DNA of 31,350 nucleotides from Candidatus Micrarchaeia archaeon (lineage in GTDB: Archaea > Micrarchaeota > Micrarchaeia > Burarchaeales > JACRGF01): assembly GCA_038870455.1 (NCBI GenBank), contig JAWCPB010000009.1:1-31350 (forward strand). The letters are read 5' to 3'. The notes below the pieces were generated by a model. The model worked only from the letters and a program-made list of their open reading frames with translations, was not told where the DNA came from and did not search any database. This document shows positions 17,136 through 25,360 of the stretch, piece after piece. Positions within the stretch are counted from its first letter, which is position 1. The number at the start of each line of letters is the position of its first letter. A program made the position numbers and the translations under genes.

Positions 17136-17912
17136 ATGAGCCTTGTTTTTGTCAAGCTCGGCGGCTCCCTCATCACCGACAAGACTAGGCCCTACACCCC
17201 CCGCGTTGAAGTGATCGAGAGGCTTGCGCGCGAGCTCGCCGGCTCCCTGCGGCAGAAGCGCCTGCGGGTTCTCGTCGGACACGGAAGCGGTTCCTTCGCC
17301 CACACGAGCGCCGCGAAATACGGCATAACCGAGGGGATGAGGGGAAAACGCGGCCTGCAGGGCTTCGCGAGGGTGCATCACGATGCCGCGCGGTTAAATC
17401 ATATCGTCACCCACGCGCTGCTCGATGCCGGCGTGCCGGCCGTGCCCGTGCCGCCCTGCGCCTCGGCCGTGGCGCACGCGCGCTCGCTCGCTGCATGGCC
17501 GCACGAGCCGCTCCTGCGTTTCCTCAACGCCGGCCTCGTGCCGGTCGTTTATGGCGATGTGGTGCTCGACCTATCGCAGGGCGCGGCCGTGCTCTCGACC
17601 GAAGCGCTGTTTGCCTACCTCGCTCCGCGCCTCCATCCAGCACGCGTGCTCGTGCTCGGCGAGACCGATGGCGTTCTTGACAGCCGGGGGAGAACGGTTC
17701 CGGAGATAACGCGGGCGAACCATGCAAAATTGCTCCCGCTCTTAGGGGGCGCGCGCGGCACTGACGTCACGGGCGGCATGCGGACCAAGGTCGCCGCCCT
17801 GCTGGCCATCGCCGATGTCGCGCCGTGCGCCATCATCAACGGCTTGAGGGAGGGTGCGCTGGAGAAGGCTCTGCTCGGAAAGCCTGTCGGAGGCACGAGG
17901 GTGCGGGCTTGA
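17136..17912 (+). CDS. ipk: Isopentenyl phosphate kinase
   Basis: Amino-acid-kinase fold: VKLGGSLITDK, GHGSGSFAH (IPK signature His), VPVVYGDVV and DVTGGMRTK. Confidence 0.94.
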   Translation: MSLVFVKLGGSLITDKTRPYTPRVEVIERLARELAGSLRQKRLRVLVGHGSGSFAHTSAAKYGITEGMRGKRGLQGFARVHHDAARLNHIVTHALLDAGVPAVPVPPCASAVAHARSLAAWPHEPLLRFLNAGLVPVVYGDVVLDLSQGAAVLSTEALFAYLAPRLHPARVLVLGETDGVLDSRGRTVPEITRANHAKLLPLLGGARGTDVTGGMRTKVAALLAIADVAPCAIINGLREGALEKALLGKPVGGTRVRA

Positions 17913-18163
17913 ACGCGCAGGAGATACTCAGGGCCGGCAGAGTACAGCTCAGGGTCAAGCACGTGGGCATTCTCCAGTTCCGCGAGTTCGTGGTGAAGAG
18001 GCTGAGCACCCCCATCGGCTCTTACCCGGTGCTCTACCTGAACAAGTTTCTTGACGCCAGCGAGTGCGTGCGCGTTGCCGAAGAGACGGGCCTTCCGGTG
18101 CAGACGCTGAACGGAATCTTCTTTCCCAAGGGAAAGGCCGCCAAAGATTTTGTAGGCCTCTAG
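17909..18163 (+). CDS. Small hypothetical protein (84 aa)
   Basis: TTG start overlapping the ipk stop (TTGA), genome-typical codon usage, and a stop overlapping the convergent gene. Translation MNAQEILRAGRVQLRVKHVG...PKGKAAKDFVGL. Confidence 0.7.
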   Translation: MNAQEILRAGRVQLRVKHVGILQFREFVVKRLSTPIGSYPVLYLNKFLDASECVRVAEETGLPVQTLNGIFFPKGKAAKDFVGL

Positions 18164-18642
18164 ACGTATTTTGCTGCGAGCGCGCCGATGGCCGCCAGCG
18201 CCGCCTCAATGATGCCGCCGGCCACGATGCCGATGATTGCGGCAACCACTGCAACGCCTGCGCCGAGCGCTCCCGCCTGCATCAGCGAGAGTATCACGTC
18301 CAGCGCCCTGCCCACTGCGTTGGCGATCACTCCCAAAGCAGCTCCGGCAACAAGCGCTTGCGGAAGCCCGCCTCTTTCGCGCTTGACCATTGTCCAGCCC
18401 ACGTAAAGGCCGGTCGCAAGCGCCAGGATGAGCGACACCAGTGCCGTGATGAACACCAGCGGCGGAACCGCCAGTGCGGCCAGGAAGCCTATCACACTCC
18501 ACACCACAAGCACGGCAAGCGGGAGCTTTATTGCCTCGTAGTATTCCCGGGGTGTCTTGCCCAGTACGGCTCCGGCAGGCGCTTTTGCAGCCTTCACCTG
18601 CGGCTTCGCCCTAGCCTTGGCCTCCCTCGCTTTCTTCGCCAT
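18160..18642 (-). CDS. Hypothetical integral membrane protein (about 4 TM helices)
   Basis: Basic N-terminus MAKKAREAK followed by four long hydrophobic Gly/Ala-rich segments. AGGTGG SD before ATG 18642. Confidence 0.8.
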   Translation of the reverse strand: MAKKAREAKARAKPQVKAAKAPAGAVLGKTPREYYEAIKLPLAVLVVWSVIGFLAALAVPPLVFITALVSLILALATGLYVGWTMVKRERGGLPQALVAGAALGVIANAVGRALDVILSLMQAGALGAGVAVVAAIIGIVAGGIIEAALAAIGALAAKYV

Positions 18643-18676
18643 AAGCAACCACCTGCACCACACTCTCGTTATGGGT

Positions 18677-19489
18677 TTAAAAAGGTTTTAGCACAGGGGG
18701 GGTTGCCCGCTTGTGGCCGCTTTCTGCATAAAGCCGGGCCACCCTGGCCACTAGCCAGCCCTTCACACCCAGTTCGCGCACAACCTTTTTCTCTCCCCAC
18801 TTTTTTTCGAACAGCGCCCACAGTACGGCGTCGATCTCGTCATAGGAAGCGCCCAGCTCTTCCTCGGCCGTCTGTCCGAGCCACAGGTTGGGCGAGGGCG
18901 GCTTTTCGACAATTGCGCGCGGCAGCCTCAGGTGCTTTGCGAGCTCCTTCACCTGGCTCTTGAGAAGTCCTCCGAGCGGCAGCACATCAACTCCACCGTC
19001 TCCGTATTTCGTGAAATAGCCCAGCAGAATCTCGCTGCGGTCGCCCGTTCCGATTACAAGACCACCGCTTCTCGCCGCAACATTGTACAGGCAGGCCATG
19101 CGCGCCCGCGCAGCGAGGTTTCCCTCATCCATCCTCGTCATGGGCCTCAGATAATTGCTCGCAAGCTGGATTTTCAGCGCATCGAGCGCAGGGGAGACAT
19201 TCGCTTCAATCAGGCGCACTCCAAGCATCTTCGCGACATCCCTTGCATGCATCGCATCAAGCTCGCGCGTCGCCCTCGCGGGCAGCAGCATCCCAATCGT
19301 GTTGCCCGCACCGAAAGCCTTCGCTGCGAGGCAAGCCGTCACGCTGCTGTCCAAGCCTCCGCTGAGGCCCACAACGCCCGCCGGCCGCCCCGCCCGCCTC
19401 GCGTACGCGCGCAGCTGCCGGACGAGGTTCTGTTCAATGCGGCCGCAATCTAGCCCTCTTATTTCCGCGAGGGCCTCTTCGATGCCCAC
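18677..19489 (-). CDS. nadE: NH3-dependent NAD+ synthetase
   Basis: VVGLSGGLDSSV, GNLAARARM, VIGTGDRSE..LGYFTKYGDG, KPPSPNLW.GQTAEEELG and HKR. Confidence 0.96.
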   Translation of the reverse strand: MGIEEALAEIRGLDCGRIEQNLVRQLRAYARRAGRPAGVVGLSGGLDSSVTACLAAKAFGAGNTIGMLLPARATRELDAMHARDVAKMLGVRLIEANVSPALDALKIQLASNYLRPMTRMDEGNLAARARMACLYNVAARSGGLVIGTGDRSEILLGYFTKYGDGGVDVLPLGGLLKSQVKELAKHLRLPRAIVEKPPSPNLWLGQTAEEELGASYDEIDAVLWALFEKKWGEKKVVRELGVKGWLVARVARLYAESGHKRATPPVLKPF

Positions 19490-19520
19490 GCAAAGCAGTT
19501 TTTCGTCCGTTATTTTAAGG

Positions 19521-20294
19521 CTAGCGGATGTAGCTGAGTTCCTCGCCTTTGACCGCGCCTTCTGTCACGGCGGCCTGCTTCTGCGCCTCCTTCTCCATCC
19601 TCTTCATGAACCTCTCGCTTTCCTTGGCCCTCTCCTCGAGCTTTGCCATGCTCACCTTCACCTCAAGGATTTTCGTGAGCGCCTCGAGCACGGCCTGCGC
19701 GCTCTTTGCATCGACATAGCCGCCGTGCGTTTCGCCCATGAGGCAGGCCCCGCGCATGCCCTGCAGCTTTCCGAGGCCGAGCAGCAGGCCGGCCGCGCCT
19801 ATGATCGAGCCGTTCGTCTCGCCGAACACTATGCCGAGCCGCTGCAGCGGCGGAATGAGTTCCTTGTGCGTGGCCGAGCCGAACACGCGCGGCTTCTCAA
19901 CCGTCTTGCCCACCCCATAACCCCCGAGCGTGTAGATCGTCTTTCCCTTGAGCTTTGCGAAGAACTTGAGTATCTTGTCGCACACCTCGTACTGCGCCTC
20001 GCTCGTGACCGCCTGCACGTCTCCCACGAGGATGAGTATGTCGCTGCCTTTCTTCGGGTTCCTCCAGGCGAACACCTTGTTCTTGAGCATGCGCAGCGTT
20101 CCGTTTCTCTTCATGAGAACCTGGTGCGGAAAGTGGGGGGAGTATATCTCGGCGATCTTCTCCGCCTTGAGCTCCCGCACGAGGTGCTCTGCCGCGAGCT
20201 TTCCCACGAGGCCGATGCCCGGCAGTCCCTCTATGAGAACAGGGTTGCGGAACCGCAGCTTCGCCTTTTTCCTGACGACAATCGTTGTTTCCAT
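19521..20294 (-). CDS. Proteasome assembly chaperone (PAC2) family protein
   Basis: LIEGLPGIGLVGKLA, HFPHQV, GDVQ, IYTLGGY, GSIIGAAGLLLG and CLMGETHG. Usual position downstream of nop10. Start at ATG 20294. Confidence 0.93.
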   Translation of the reverse strand: METTIVVRKKAKLRFRNPVLIEGLPGIGLVGKLAAEHLVRELKAEKIAEIYSPHFPHQVLMKRNGTLRMLKNKVFAWRNPKKGSDILILVGDVQAVTSEAQYEVCDKILKFFAKLKGKTIYTLGGYGVGKTVEKPRVFGSATHKELIPPLQRLGIVFGETNGSIIGAAGLLLGLGKLQGMRGACLMGETHGGYVDAKSAQAVLEALTKILEVKVSMAKLEERAKESERFMKRMEKEAQKQAAVTEGAVKGEELSYIR

Positions 20295-20446
20295 CACGCC
20301 AATCCCTTCGCGATTCTCCTGTATCTGGCCCACTTGTCTGCGAGCGACCACCGCGCGGGGTGGGCGAGCTTCGTGGGGGCGCCGCAGTGCTCGTTGCCGA
20401 GCGTGTAGTTCCCGCACACCATGCACTTTCTTAATTTAAACCTCAT
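20294..20446 (-). CDS. nop10: H/ACA RNP protein Nop10
   Basis: MRFKLRKCMVCGNYTL...CGAPT..AHPARWS..DKWARYR, downstream of aIF2-alpha. Confidence 0.93.
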   Translation of the reverse strand: MRFKLRKCMVCGNYTLGNEHCGAPTKLAHPARWSLADKWARYRRIAKGLA

Positions 20447-20447
20447 G

Positions 20448-21239
20448 TCACGCGGCTCGCTTGAGGGCGGCCCGCCCGCCTTCCCTCCTGATCTCTTCGC
20501 TGGCGCGTTCAAAGGCTTGTTCGAGAATGCTCTCGGCAGTCTTGTAATCATCCGCGACCACGACAACCTGGTAGTTCGGTGCACCCAGATAATGCGCGGC
20601 CACCTCCGCGCCAGCCTTCTCGGCGGTTTTTATGCTCGATAACGCTTTTTTTATGGTCTCCACGCCGTTCGGAGAAAAACTCTCGAGGACGAAGGTCGCG
20701 GCCACTCTCGCCCTCGGCTTTTTGATGTTCGCGCTCGCGACTTCCAGCAGCGCCTCCTTCCACGCCTGCGGCAGAGAGAGCCGTGCGAGCGCGGCCTCGG
20801 GGTTGAACGAGAGCTCCTCGAGGCCGGTGTACACGTCCCCAAAGGCTGCTTCGAGCGGCTCGCCGGCTTCCCGCAGCGCCTGCTCCGGGCTTTTCTTCAG
20901 TTTTTTCGCGGCCACCTCGAGCAGCCTCGCCCCGCGCTTTTCCCTCTGGCTGCGCTCGAGCGTCCTCTTCCTGTCGCCTTCGGTGACTCTCTTGAGGCTC
21001 AGGTCAATGAGGTTCTTCTCTGGCACGAAGCGATGCACCTTGGCGACGATGCGCTGGCCCTCCTTAAGGAACTCGTGTATGTTTTTTATCCAGCGCGGGG
21101 CGACCTCGCTGATGTGAATGAAGGCCTCCTTTCCCCCGTACTCGTCGAGCGAGCAGAACGCCCCATACGGAAAAATCTTCTTGACCGTGGCGATGACGAA
21201 CTCGTCCTGTTCGGGAAGCGGTTTTTTCTTCAGCGGCAT
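20448..21239 (-). CDS. eif2a: Translation initiation factor aIF2 alpha subunit
   Basis: S1 domain PE..E.VIATV..I..YGAFC.LDEY..KEAFIHISEV...WIKNI, plus IDLSLKRV and YLGAPNY. Confidence 0.97.
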   Translation of the reverse strand: MPLKKKPLPEQDEFVIATVKKIFPYGAFCSLDEYGGKEAFIHISEVAPRWIKNIHEFLKEGQRIVAKVHRFVPEKNLIDLSLKRVTEGDRKRTLERSQREKRGARLLEVAAKKLKKSPEQALREAGEPLEAAFGDVYTGLEELSFNPEAALARLSLPQAWKEALLEVASANIKKPRARVAATFVLESFSPNGVETIKKALSSIKTAEKAGAEVAAHYLGAPNYQVVVVADDYKTAESILEQAFERASEEIRREGGRAALKRAA

Positions 21240-21243
21240 GGCT

Positions 21244-21414
21244 TCAGCTCATTACCCTGACTATCTTTCCGTGCACGAGCGCCTTGGAGCCCCTCGGCTC
21301 TGCGAGCAGCTTGCTGCACACGCTGCACCTCACCGTGGTCGCGGCGTTGCTGAACACGTTCTGCTCGTTTCCGCACTCGCACTTCACCCTCAGGAACTTG
21401 CTCACGCGCTCCAC
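21244..21414 (-). CDS. rps27e: 30S ribosomal protein S27e
   Basis: Not in the ORF track (56 aa). Read manually as (M)ERVSKFLRVKCECGNEQNVFSNAATTVRCSVCSKLLAEPRGSKALVHGKIVRVMS. Alternative GTG start at 21405. Confidence 0.95.
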   Translation of the reverse strand: MERVSKFLRVKCECGNEQNVFSNAATTVRCSVCSKLLAEPRGSKALVHGKIVRVMS

Positions 21415-21415
21415 C

Positions 21416-21697
21416 TCAGCCCTTCACCTCGAGCTTTTCCCTTGTCCGCGGCCCCAGCACGCTCTCGGTTTTCTTCTTGCACTTGCTGCACTCGAGCAGC
21501 AGCCGCGGGCGCTTTCCCTGTTTTCGAACCGGCTTCTCGCCCGCCACCTTCCCCACGTACCCCCTTATTTTCCTCTCGTGCTGCAGGTTTCCCCACGCGA
21601 GCGTCCTCGGCCGCCCCCTGCTGGGGAGCTTGGCCTTGTGCAGCGTGTGCTGCCTGCAGTGCGGGCAGTATGTCCTGATCTCTGTCGGAACCTTCAT
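21416..21697 (-). CDS. rpl44e: 50S ribosomal protein L44e
   Basis: MKVPTEIRTYCPHCRQHTLH...GY.G...K..K...LLLECSKCKK zinc-ribbon pattern. Confidence 0.96.
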   Translation of the reverse strand: MKVPTEIRTYCPHCRQHTLHKAKLPSRGRPRTLAWGNLQHERKIRGYVGKVAGEKPVRKQGKRPRLLLECSKCKKKTESVLGPRTREKLEVKG

Positions 21698-21723
21698 GCG
21701 CTCACCATGCGGGGCAGAAGAAG

Positions 21724-22254
21724 TCACTCGATGTGCGCCATTCCCAGGCGCTCGAGGCGCGCCGCCTCGTTCTCGGGCAGGAGCACGTCCTCGCCGAGCT
21801 TGAACGGGCCGTAGTTCATCATGTCCTTGCCCACGAACTCGGGGACGTCGCGGAGTATCTTGACGCGGCGCTTGCTGAGCTCCCTCGCAGCCGCGCCCAC
21901 CTCCAGAATCCCTTGGAAGCGCGTGCTGCACTCGCGGAGTAGCTTGACAACCGAATCGAAGAGCGCCCTCTCCTCCCTCGTAAGGCCGTTGGCTTCTTCC
22001 TCGCCCCTTGCCGCGCGCAGGGCGAGAAGGAGAATCTTCTGCTCCCTCTTCGCATATATGTCGCGAAGAATTTTTAAAGTATTCTCGTATTCGCGCGCGG
22101 CGGCGAAGTCGAACTTTTTCTCGAGCCTGGACCTGCGCTCCGCCACGTGCGCGTTTACCCTGTCGTAGAAGTCGGCCTCGAGCTCGCATAGCCCGGGCTC
22201 TCTCTTCTCCCTCGCCTGAATCCGCCTGAGCTCCTCGTAGGAGATGTCCGCCAT
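21724..22254 (-). CDS. GINS complex subunit (Gins15/Gins51 type)
   Basis: ISYEELRRIQAREK...L..LEADFY, REQKI, LTREE..LF and C-terminal VPEFVG.D...YGPF..GE...LP...A..L. Located between priS and rpl44e. Confidence 0.9.
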   Translation of the reverse strand: MADISYEELRRIQAREKREPGLCELEADFYDRVNAHVAERRSRLEKKFDFAAAREYENTLKILRDIYAKREQKILLLALRAARGEEEANGLTREERALFDSVVKLLRECSTRFQGILEVGAAARELSKRRVKILRDVPEFVGKDMMNYGPFKLGEDVLLPENEAARLERLGMAHIE

Positions 22255-22390
22255 GCAGGTCGCCCATCGTTTTCTTTCGCGCGGCAAACTTGATTGGCAA
22301 CTTGTATTTATTCTTAACTTTTCACGCCTGAAAAAACAGCCCGATTTTTTTCCGAGAGACCGCACGAGAGAGGAAAAGAGGCAAAAACTT

Positions 22391-23506
22391 TCACGCGAGC
22401 ACGGCCGCCTTCTTGCAAAGCAGGTAGATCGCCGCGCCTTCAGGCAGCTCGGCCTCCTGATTCTCGAAAGGCCCGAAGCTCTGTTCGCCGAAGCGGAAGG
22501 CGGGCGCCCTCGCGACTTTCACGCGCACCGTGTTTTTCCCGTCAAAAGCCACCGCGTGCTTGAGCGGGTCAAAGGCATCCAAGTTCTTGAGGCGCTTTGC
22601 GAGCAGGCCCGTCTCGCCGTGCAGGCTGTCGGGCAGCCGGATGAGTTTCGTGGAGTCGGCCGTGACGTTCTGGTCTATCTTGTCGGCCAGCCGCACGCTG
22701 AGCTTTGCGGCAACGGCCGCCCAGAAAGCTTTGCGCTCCTGAATGTTTATCACATCCCAATTGCCCCTTTCTATTCCGGCAGCAACTTTTTCCTCTCTGG
22801 CGTAAAAGCGGTTTGCCGTTCTTGGGTGAATGCCGAGCTCGCCCAGTCTCTTTTCTTTCAGCGCACGCAGGAATGCTCGCGCCAGCTTTCCCCCCCAGCC
22901 CCCATCGTTTGGCATGGGCCCGCGCAACACCCGCAACTCATCGACAAAGAATATTTTCTGCAGGTCAAGGCCGTTTGCCATCAGGTAATCCACTATCTCC
23001 CGCCTCGCGGCGTTTTCGAGGCCGAGCACGTCAGCCCTCTGGATGTGGATGTGGTAGCCTCGGTTGCCGCTGAAATTGAGCTGTATCTCGTCCTTGGCAA
23101 GGCCGAAGTCCGGCACCAGAAACTCCTCGATGAGGCGCGCTGCCTCTTCCTTCACCGCGTTCAGGCAGGCATCGCACACCCACCCTCTTCCGTGCGCGCA
23201 GTTGAGAGCCAGCGCGTCCGCGTCCAAGTCAAACATGAGATCGCTTCCGATCCATCCCTTCTTCTGCATGGGCCGCGCGTCCGGAAATGCATAGCGCGCT
23301 GCGCTGTAGGAAACGAAGAAAGGTGCTTCCCTCGCCAGGAAGGCGGCCAGCTCCCTTTCGCCCGCGAACGCCATGTGTCTCGTCTCTATTTTCTTGCTCC
23401 AGCTGCCCACGCCGAACTCCCTCCTGCCCACTTCCTCGGGCGGGGAAGGTGGGTTTGCCGCGTACCATGCAGCGAACTTTTTTCTCACGAAAGCCTCTTC
23501 ATTCAT
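22391..23506 (-). CDS. priS: DNA primase small (catalytic) subunit
   Basis: RREFG, RHMAF, SAARY..P, DLMFDLDAD, zinc knuckle C.H....CDAC, FSGNRGYHIH and IDQNVTAD..KLIRLPDSLHG. ATG 23506 overlaps the priL stop. Confidence 0.97.
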   Translation of the reverse strand: MNEEAFVRKKFAAWYAANPPSPPEEVGRREFGVGSWSKKIETRHMAFAGERELAAFLAREAPFFVSYSAARYAFPDARPMQKKGWIGSDLMFDLDADALALNCAHGRGWVCDACLNAVKEEAARLIEEFLVPDFGLAKDEIQLNFSGNRGYHIHIQRADVLGLENAARREIVDYLMANGLDLQKIFFVDELRVLRGPMPNDGGWGGKLARAFLRALKEKRLGELGIHPRTANRFYAREEKVAAGIERGNWDVINIQERKAFWAAVAAKLSVRLADKIDQNVTADSTKLIRLPDSLHGETGLLAKRLKNLDAFDPLKHAVAFDGKNTVRVKVARAPAFRFGEQSFGPFENQEAELPEGAAIYLLCKKAAVLA

Positions 23507-24444
23507 TGTCCGGCCTCTTTCTTCCACGGCTTTTCCGCACCCGGCTTGTACTTGAGCGGCGTTCCAACCCTGCAGTCCGCCACGCACATCCCCTGCATGT
23601 CGAGCGCGGCGCAGGCGGGCACTCTGTAGCCTTTTTCCGCGATGAACGCCACCTGATAGCGCGTCGTCTTCTCATCGAAATCGGGCGCGGTCTGGAACAG
23701 CGCGATGACCTTCTCTTTGTCCAGCCCGATGTTCAGAAGGTATGCGGCGAGCGCGAAGCGCGCGTTGTGCGGAAGGTTTGCGCTCTCCGCCAGTTCCTCC
23801 AGCAATTTTTTTATGCACGGCGGATAAGCGCCCGCGGCCACCTTGATGACCGCAGGCGCTTCTTTCGGGAGCAGCGGCTCAAGCTCCCGCGCGGCCCTCC
23901 GCACTTCTTCCGGCGCGTTATCGATGCGCATGGGGAGGCTCCGCTCGATGCTTTTCTGGAGCGCCTCGCTTGCCACGCGAATGCATTCCGCGCGCGATAA
24001 CCCAACCCAGCCGTTTTCGACGGACCTGTTGGACAGCTTGTAGTCGATGCTGCGCGGCGCGTGCCTCAGGTAGTCGAACACCCGCATCCTGTACCTCCCG
24101 CCCTCCTTTTCAAACCGCACGCCCAGCTCGCCCGCCACGAGCGCGACCACCGCATCGTCCTCCCTCCTCAGCAGCTCGCCCGCCCTTTTGGCTTCTGCCA
24201 CAGCATAGCGGTTGATCGCTCCCCTCCTGTTCAGCAGCGAGAGGAGCACTCTCGCGGCGGCGTAGGACGCTATGTCCTTCACGGGCTCGCCCACGGCCGG
24301 AATGCTTCCCCGCAGCGCGCCGAGAACGCGCGCTCTCGCGCTGTCGAGAACCCCAGTGTCCGTTATCGAAACCTTTTCCCTCTCGAGAATTTCTTTTGCT
24401 CCGGAGCAAAAAGGATAGCGAGCGAGTTGAGCTAGCGACAGCAT
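23503..24444 (-). CDS. priL: DNA primase large subunit
   Basis: ARYPF, RYAVAEAKR, YKLSNRSVENGWV, YPPCI, LPHNARF, PDFDEKTTRYQV and Fe-S cysteines PAC...GMC..DC. Confidence 0.96.
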   Translation of the reverse strand: MLSLAQLARYPFCSGAKEILEREKVSITDTGVLDSARARVLGALRGSIPAVGEPVKDIASYAAARVLLSLLNRRGAINRYAVAEAKRAGELLRREDDAVVALVAGELGVRFEKEGGRYRMRVFDYLRHAPRSIDYKLSNRSVENGWVGLSRAECIRVASEALQKSIERSLPMRIDNAPEEVRRAARELEPLLPKEAPAVIKVAAGAYPPCIKKLLEELAESANLPHNARFALAAYLLNIGLDKEKVIALFQTAPDFDEKTTRYQVAFIAEKGYRVPACAALDMQGMCVADCRVGTPLKYKPGAEKPWKKEAGQ

Positions 24445-24473
24445 GTCTTCCCCTGTTTTTTTTGCGCGGGATA

Positions 24474-24479
24474 TTTAAA
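24474..24479. promoter_or_regulatory. Probable TATA box for the divergent priL and agmatinase genes
   Basis: TTTAAA about 30 nt from the priL ATG and about 24 nt from the agmatinase ATG. Confidence 0.5.
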
Positions 24480-24503
24480 CTCGCTTGCAGTATGCTTCCG
24501 GTG

Positions 24504-25358
24504 ATGAGGAAGTTTCTGTGGGCCGCCGCGAAGAGCCTCGAGGCAGCCGACTATGTCGTCTTCGGCGTTCCCGATGAGAGCGCCTCCTTCGCGAGGAGAC
24601 GCGGCGTTGCGAGAGCGCCTGACGCCATTCGCGCGGCAAGCAACGAGCGCGATGCCGTGGCGGGCGTGGGGGGTCCCTCTTTTCTCACAACCGGCGCGCC
24701 GCTCGAGCCAGCCCGGATTTTTGACGCGGGCAACATCCCGAAAACAAGGGCGGCTGATTTCGTGGCCGCGCTGGTTGAGAAAAAGAAGAAATTCATTCTC
24801 CTGGGAGGCGACCACAGCATTTCTTTCGAGGCGCTCAAGGGCGCGAGCGCGGTAAAAAGGCTGTCGTTCGTATATCTTGACGCGCATCCTGACTTCATCT
24901 GCTCGCGCGGCCACTACTACGGCTCTGTCGTGTGCGATGCAGCGGGCTTGGCCCACCTGCGCCTGCACTCAAGCGTCGAAATCGGTGTGCGCGCGCCCGA
25001 ACCGGAGGAGCTCGCCAACCTTAGGAGGGCGCGCGTGAAGACTTTTCCCGCGCTCGCCGTACAGCGTTTCGGCATTGGGAGGGTGCTCGCCAAAGCCCTT
25101 GAGCTGGTCAGCGGCCCTGTTTATCTCTCCATCGACTTTGACGTGCTCGACCCAGCCTTTGCGCCGGGAGTCAGCACGCCCGCGCCCGGGGGCATAAGCG
25201 CGCTCGAGCTGTTCAAGGCCGTCCACGATTTTGCTCAACACAGGGTGCTCGGCATCGACCTCATGGAAGTGTGTCCTCCTTTCGACTTCCAGCAGCACAC
25301 CTCCCACATCGCCGCGCGCGCGGCGATGGAGTGGATCTCCCTGCTTGAGGCATGGTGA
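24504..25358 (+). CDS. Agmatinase/arginase (ureohydrolase) family protein
   Basis: GVP.....RRG...AP.AIR.AS, LGGDHSIS, YLDAHPD, SIDFDVLDPAFAPGVSTP.PGG and DLMEVCP. Start uncertain (24492, 24501 or 24504). Confidence 0.92.
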   Translation: MRKFLWAAAKSLEAADYVVFGVPDESASFARRRGVARAPDAIRAASNERDAVAGVGGPSFLTTGAPLEPARIFDAGNIPKTRAADFVAALVEKKKKFILLGGDHSISFEALKGASAVKRLSFVYLDAHPDFICSRGHYYGSVVCDAAGLAHLRLHSSVEIGVRAPEPEELANLRRARVKTFPALAVQRFGIGRVLAKALELVSGPVYLSIDFDVLDPAFAPGVSTPAPGGISALELFKAVHDFAQHRVLGIDLMEVCPPFDFQQHTSHIAARAAMEWISLLEAW

Positions 25359-25360
25359 GC

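Noticed and set aside
21416-22300. 294-aa ORF fusing upstream sequence to L44e
   Set aside because: The upstream part overlaps gins in another frame. L44e homology starts at ATG 21697.
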